Under the pieces are notes generated by a model. That model was not told where the DNA came from. It searched no databases and saw nothing but the letters and a program-made list of their open reading frames with translations. Source: Candidatus Latescibacterota bacterium (GTDB taxonomy: Bacteria > Latescibacterota > UBA2968 > UBA8231). Taken from it: a stretch of DNA of 64,000 nt. Below, piece by piece: positions 60,775-64,000 of this stretch (positions within the stretch are counted from its first letter, which is position 1; each line of letters begins with the position of its first letter). Location: contig CBDCSU010000006.1 in assembly GCA_965221775.1 (NCBI GenBank), positions 2,176,001 through 2,240,000 on the forward strand, written 5' to 3'. The translations under genes and the position numbers were made by a program.

Positions 60775-61722
60775 TCAGCGCCGGAGCCCGGGCCCCGGCA
60801 GCTTCAGCAGATTGACCCGCGCCGGCCCGTCCGCGTTCGCCAGCAGCTCGATCTGTTCCACCGTCTCCACCAGTACCGTGACCCGCCCCCGGGGGACGGG
60901 CAGGACCGGGCGGTCCCGGGTGGTGTCGGGCGGCTGGGCCTGCAGATGGCCTTCCAGTTGTTGAAGCACCTTCCCCCGAACCGCCGCCGCCATGGCCGGC
61001 CCATCGAAGCAGGTGGCCGCGAACCGTTCGATGCCGGCGCGGGCCACCGGCAGGCGCAGGCGGTCCAGGGCCAGGGCCGCCACCAGGTGCCGCAGGAGCA
61101 GGGGGAAGTCGGCCGGGGGGTGCCACTTGCGCACCAGGGGCCGCAGGGCGTCTTCGGGCAGGCTGGCGAGGAACCGGGCCCGCTCCGACACGTGCAGGTA
61201 GCGGGCGAACTCCGGCGCCGGGTCCACGGGCTCGGCCGCGCCGCCTGTTCCGGCGGCGGTCCAGGACTCCGGGACCAGCGTCGTCCAGCGTTCCAGTTCC
61301 CCCCGCCACTCGTCCAGCAGTTCCGGCCACGGCCCGCGCAGATGGGCCGCCGACTCTCGGCGCATCTCGTCGAGGGTGTTCCAGGCCCTTTCCCACCCCT
61401 GCCGGCGGAAGTCCTCCAAGTCGGCGGCGGCGAGCAGGTCGATCGCCTGCTCCACGTCGTCCCCGGCGGCGGCCTGAAGCCCCGCCTCCACGCAGGTGAA
61501 GCCCTGGCGCACCCCGGCCTCGAGGGAATCCCGGTCGATGGCGATGCCGGTGCGGTACCGGCGCGCGTGGTTCGTGGCGTGGAGGCGGAGGAAGGCCATC
61601 AGCCCGTCCTCGAGTCCGCGGGGCAGGCGGTGGTGGTCCCGTCCGAGGACCAGGACCCTGCCGAGGAAGCGGTCCGTGCCGGCCGCGATCCGGTTGAGAT
61701 CGGGGTGCGCGAGACCGGTCAT
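60775..61722 (-). CDS. Hypothetical protein (weak resemblance to the C-terminal part of DUF6178 proteins)
   Basis: ATG 61722 overlaps upstream stop; helical protein with normal codon usage; family guess by eye only. Confidence 0.6.
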   Translation of the reverse strand: MTGLAHPDLNRIAAGTDRFLGRVLVLGRDHHRLPRGLEDGLMAFLRLHATNHARRYRTGIAIDRDSLEAGVRQGFTCVEAGLQAAAGDDVEQAIDLLAAADLEDFRRQGWERAWNTLDEMRRESAAHLRGPWPELLDEWRGELERWTTLVPESWTAAGTGGAAEPVDPAPEFARYLHVSERARFLASLPEDALRPLVRKWHPPADFPLLLRHLVAALALDRLRLPVARAGIERFAATCFDGPAMAAAVRGKVLQQLEGHLQAQPPDTTRDRPVLPVPRGRVTVLVETVEQIELLANADGPARVNLLKLPGPGLRR

Positions 61723-62468
61723 CCGGTGCCGTGGAGCCGGCGGGTGGCGTTGACGACGGCCGGGGCCAGGAGCTCGGGCGCCGCTTCCCACAAGGCGTCG
61801 AGGACCTCCGCCGCGGCCGGATCGGTGACGTACTCCCCGGGCCGGTCTCCGACGAATCCTTCGGTGAGGGCCTGGTAGCGGCTGACGGCGGCGACCTCGG
61901 TGCCGGGGAGGGTCCCCCCCAGGTCGAGGTCGGTGAGCCGGTCCATGACCGCCTCCTCCAGGGCCGCGGGGTCGACGGCGCGCAGCAGCGCCGCCGCCTG
62001 GTTCGGGTCGTTGAGGGCGGCGACGGCCTCGAGCCACTCCCAGGCGACGCTCGTGCGCAGGTCGGGGTTGTCGATGGGATCGAGCACGTCCCGCACGGTG
62101 CGGTCGAAGACCCGCGGCGACATGGCCCGCAGGATCGCGGGGTTGTAGCGGCCGTGGCGGGCGTCGGGGGCGGCGAGCCGGGCGAGCAGCTCGGAGGGAA
62201 GGCGGTCGACCACCTCGCGGCTGTAGGCGGGCAGACCCCGGCCGTCGGTGGCGGTCAGGGCCAGGACCTGCTCGGGGTCGGCGTCGATGGCGACGAGGGC
62301 CGCCTGCTCCTCGGCGGACCGGGACCGCAGCAGGGCGCGGGCCTCGTCGGCTCGCTCCTCGGACAGCAGGCGGTGGATCCGCCGGCTGTCGTCCGCCAGC
62401 TCGGCCAGGGTGCCGGACCAGTCGCCGGAGCGGACGATCGATCCTTCGACGCGGACGTTGTCGGCCAT
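61719..62468 (-). CDS. Hypothetical protein (weak resemblance to the N-terminal part of DUF6178 proteins)
   Basis: AAGGAGGT RBS before ATG 62468; WLEAVAALNDP...VDPAALE. Confidence 0.65.
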   Translation of the reverse strand: MADNVRVEGSIVRSGDWSGTLAELADDSRRIHRLLSEERADEARALLRSRSAEEQAALVAIDADPEQVLALTATDGRGLPAYSREVVDRLPSELLARLAAPDARHGRYNPAILRAMSPRVFDRTVRDVLDPIDNPDLRTSVAWEWLEAVAALNDPNQAAALLRAVDPAALEEAVMDRLTDLDLGGTLPGTEVAAVSRYQALTEGFVGDRPGEYVTDPAAAEVLDALWEAAPELLAPAVVNATRRLHGTG

Positions 62469-62654
62469 CCCACCACCTCCTTCGAAGGGGACTGCAAGGA
62501 AGAAGGTGCCGCGCCTGGACAATGTCAATAAACATTTGTAAATATTGAAGTTACGGAATCCCTGTCATTTGACGGGAAGGGCTTCGGAGTCTATTTTCTA
62601 CATATCGCGGCAAGCTCGGACCGCAAGTTCCCCCGCTCGGTCACACCGCCCGCC

Positions 62655-63479
62655 CTACCCCTCCACACAGCGTTTCAGCTTCTCAAGTCCCTCGCGGGCC
62701 ACGGCCGCCGGACCCCTGGCGCGGTAGCCCTCGTTGAAGAGCTCCAGCGAGAGCATCCCCTCGTAGCCGATCCCCTCGAGCATGGCCACGACCCGCGGCC
62801 ACGGGGCCAGCCCGTCCCCCGGATAGACGCGGTCGGCATCGGTCACCTCCGACCGCCCCGGCGCCGCCGGGTAGTCGTTCACATGAACCAGCCCCAGGCG
62901 GCCGTTGCCGAAGTGCTCGAGTCCGAAGTGGTGGCCGCTGCCCTTGTACATGTGGAAGACATCGGTCAGCATCTGCACCCCCGGCCGTCCGCACTCCGCC
63001 GCCACCAGCAGGATCTCGCCCGTGCTTCCAAGGGTCTGCGCGATTCCCCAGTACTCCAGCAACGGGGTCACTCCAGACTTGGCGGCCAGGTCCACCAGGG
63101 CGGCGTAGCGTTCGGCCACCGGGCCCAGCTCCACGCGGCGGTCGTGGATCCCCGAGGGCGGGGCGGCCACGTGGGGGCAGGCCAGCTCGCGGGCGATCTC
63201 GAAGCAGCGGACCGCCTCCTCCAGGCCGCGGGACCGGCGGTCGTCCTCCGGCACCGCCCACTCCGGGAAGCCGATGAGGTTGACGATCGCCAGGTCCCGC
63301 TCCCGCGCCCGGGCGCGGACTTGCCGCAGGGTCCCGCCGCCGGCCACCCAGTCGTCCAGCTCCTGCGCCCACGGCTCGATGCCGTCCCAGCCGGCGTCGG
63401 CGGCGATGTCGATGGCGTCCACGATGGACAGGCCTTCGGTGCGGATGGTGCTGGTGTTCAGGCAGTAGGAGAATGGCAT
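62655..63479 (-). CDS. Sugar phosphate isomerase/epimerase (AP_endonuc_2 TIM barrel)
   Basis: GWDGIEPW, LLEYWG, TDVFHMY, LVHVND, DRVYPGDG, LSLELFN metal-binding motifs. Confidence 0.88.
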   Translation of the reverse strand: MPFSYCLNTSTIRTEGLSIVDAIDIAADAGWDGIEPWAQELDDWVAGGGTLRQVRARARERDLAIVNLIGFPEWAVPEDDRRSRGLEEAVRCFEIARELACPHVAAPPSGIHDRRVELGPVAERYAALVDLAAKSGVTPLLEYWGIAQTLGSTGEILLVAAECGRPGVQMLTDVFHMYKGSGHHFGLEHFGNGRLGLVHVNDYPAAPGRSEVTDADRVYPGDGLAPWPRVVAMLEGIGYEGMLSLELFNEGYRARGPAAVAREGLEKLKRCVEG

Positions 63480-63579
63480 TTCGCATCCCTTGAGAGTGTG
63501 GTGCCGGCCGCTTGCCGCTGCCCGGCAGGTGCGCCACCTTTGGCGATGAACCTAACCTCAAGAACAGGCGGGGACTTCC

Positions 63580-64000
63580 ATGCTGAGATTCCCGGAAGAG
63601 CTCATGCTTCTCATCCTCGACGACGAGGACGGGAGGTTCGCCAGGGTGCCCGACCGCCAGCTGCGCTACGCCCTCGCCGGCGGCGTGCTGATGGACCTGG
63701 CCCTGGAGAACCGCATCGACACCGACCTCAAGCAACTCATGCTCGTCGACGCAGCCCCCCTGGGCGACAGCCTCCTCGACCCGACACTGGCCGACATCGC
63801 CGCGGCGACGGAGACCCACGACGCGCGCTTCTGGGTGGAGCGCACCGCCCTGCGCAGCGCCGAGGCCATCCGCGAGGCCGCCCTCGATCGCCTGGTGGAA
63901 CGGGGGATCCTGCAGCGCCAGGAGGACCGCTTCCTGTGGGTCTTCCGGTCGCGGCGCTACCCGGCCATCGACGACCGGGTGGAGCGGGAGGTCAAGCTGC
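63580..64000 (+). CDS. GPP34/GOLPH3 (Vps74)-family domain protein; runs off the window end
   Basis: Not in the ORF track. Manual translation: MLRFPEELMLLILDDEDG...ALAGGVLMDLALENRI...GDSLLD...RLVERGIL...FLWVFRSRRYP. Confidence 0.75.
   Translation, partial: MLRFPEELMLLILDDEDGRFARVPDRQLRYALAGGVLMDLALENRIDTDLKQLMLVDAAPLGDSLLDPTLADIAAATETHDARFWVERTALRSAEAIREAALDRLVERGILQRQEDRFLWVFRSRRYPAIDDRVEREVKL

Overview
High-GC (visually ~70%) chromosomal DNA from a Gram-negative bacterium, most likely a marine-sponge symbiont. The taxon is inferred from the sup-type PKS, PhyH dioxygenases and a GPP34 gene; there is no marker gene. About 43 CDSs; no rRNA, tRNA, CRISPR array or transposase was seen. The centre is a sup-type PKS cluster: a ~3413-aa KS-AT-DH-cMT-ER-KR-ACP-KS-AT(degenerate) synthase, a free ACP with its own apparent promoter and terminator, a PPTase and an alpha/beta-hydrolase. 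It lies inside a dispersed partner-switching signalling set: RsbW-like kinase, RsbV-like STAS protein, REC-PP2C phosphatase, and a periplasmic binding protein plus sensor kinase. The best candidate for an undescribed system is a pair of paralogous NCS2-family permeases flanking the PKS. Each has a rewired substrate motif and is fused to a catalytically degenerate RsbW-like (GHKL) domain, suggesting transceptors that feed the partner switch. Also present: tandem TonB-dependent receptors; amtB followed by a CP-ATP-grasp/alpha-E/transglutaminase module; an Lcp/MpaB-like oxygenase-MMPL-LolA-like-OM barrel operon converging on squalene synthase and ispH; a porin/Tat-PBP/output-less HAMP sensor/OFA-MFS operon; an RcnA-like His-rich transporter; a hydantoinase/oxoprolinase pair; and housekeeping or catabolic genes. 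Many ORFs in the supplied track are antisense or frame shadows, and starts were re-called by eye.
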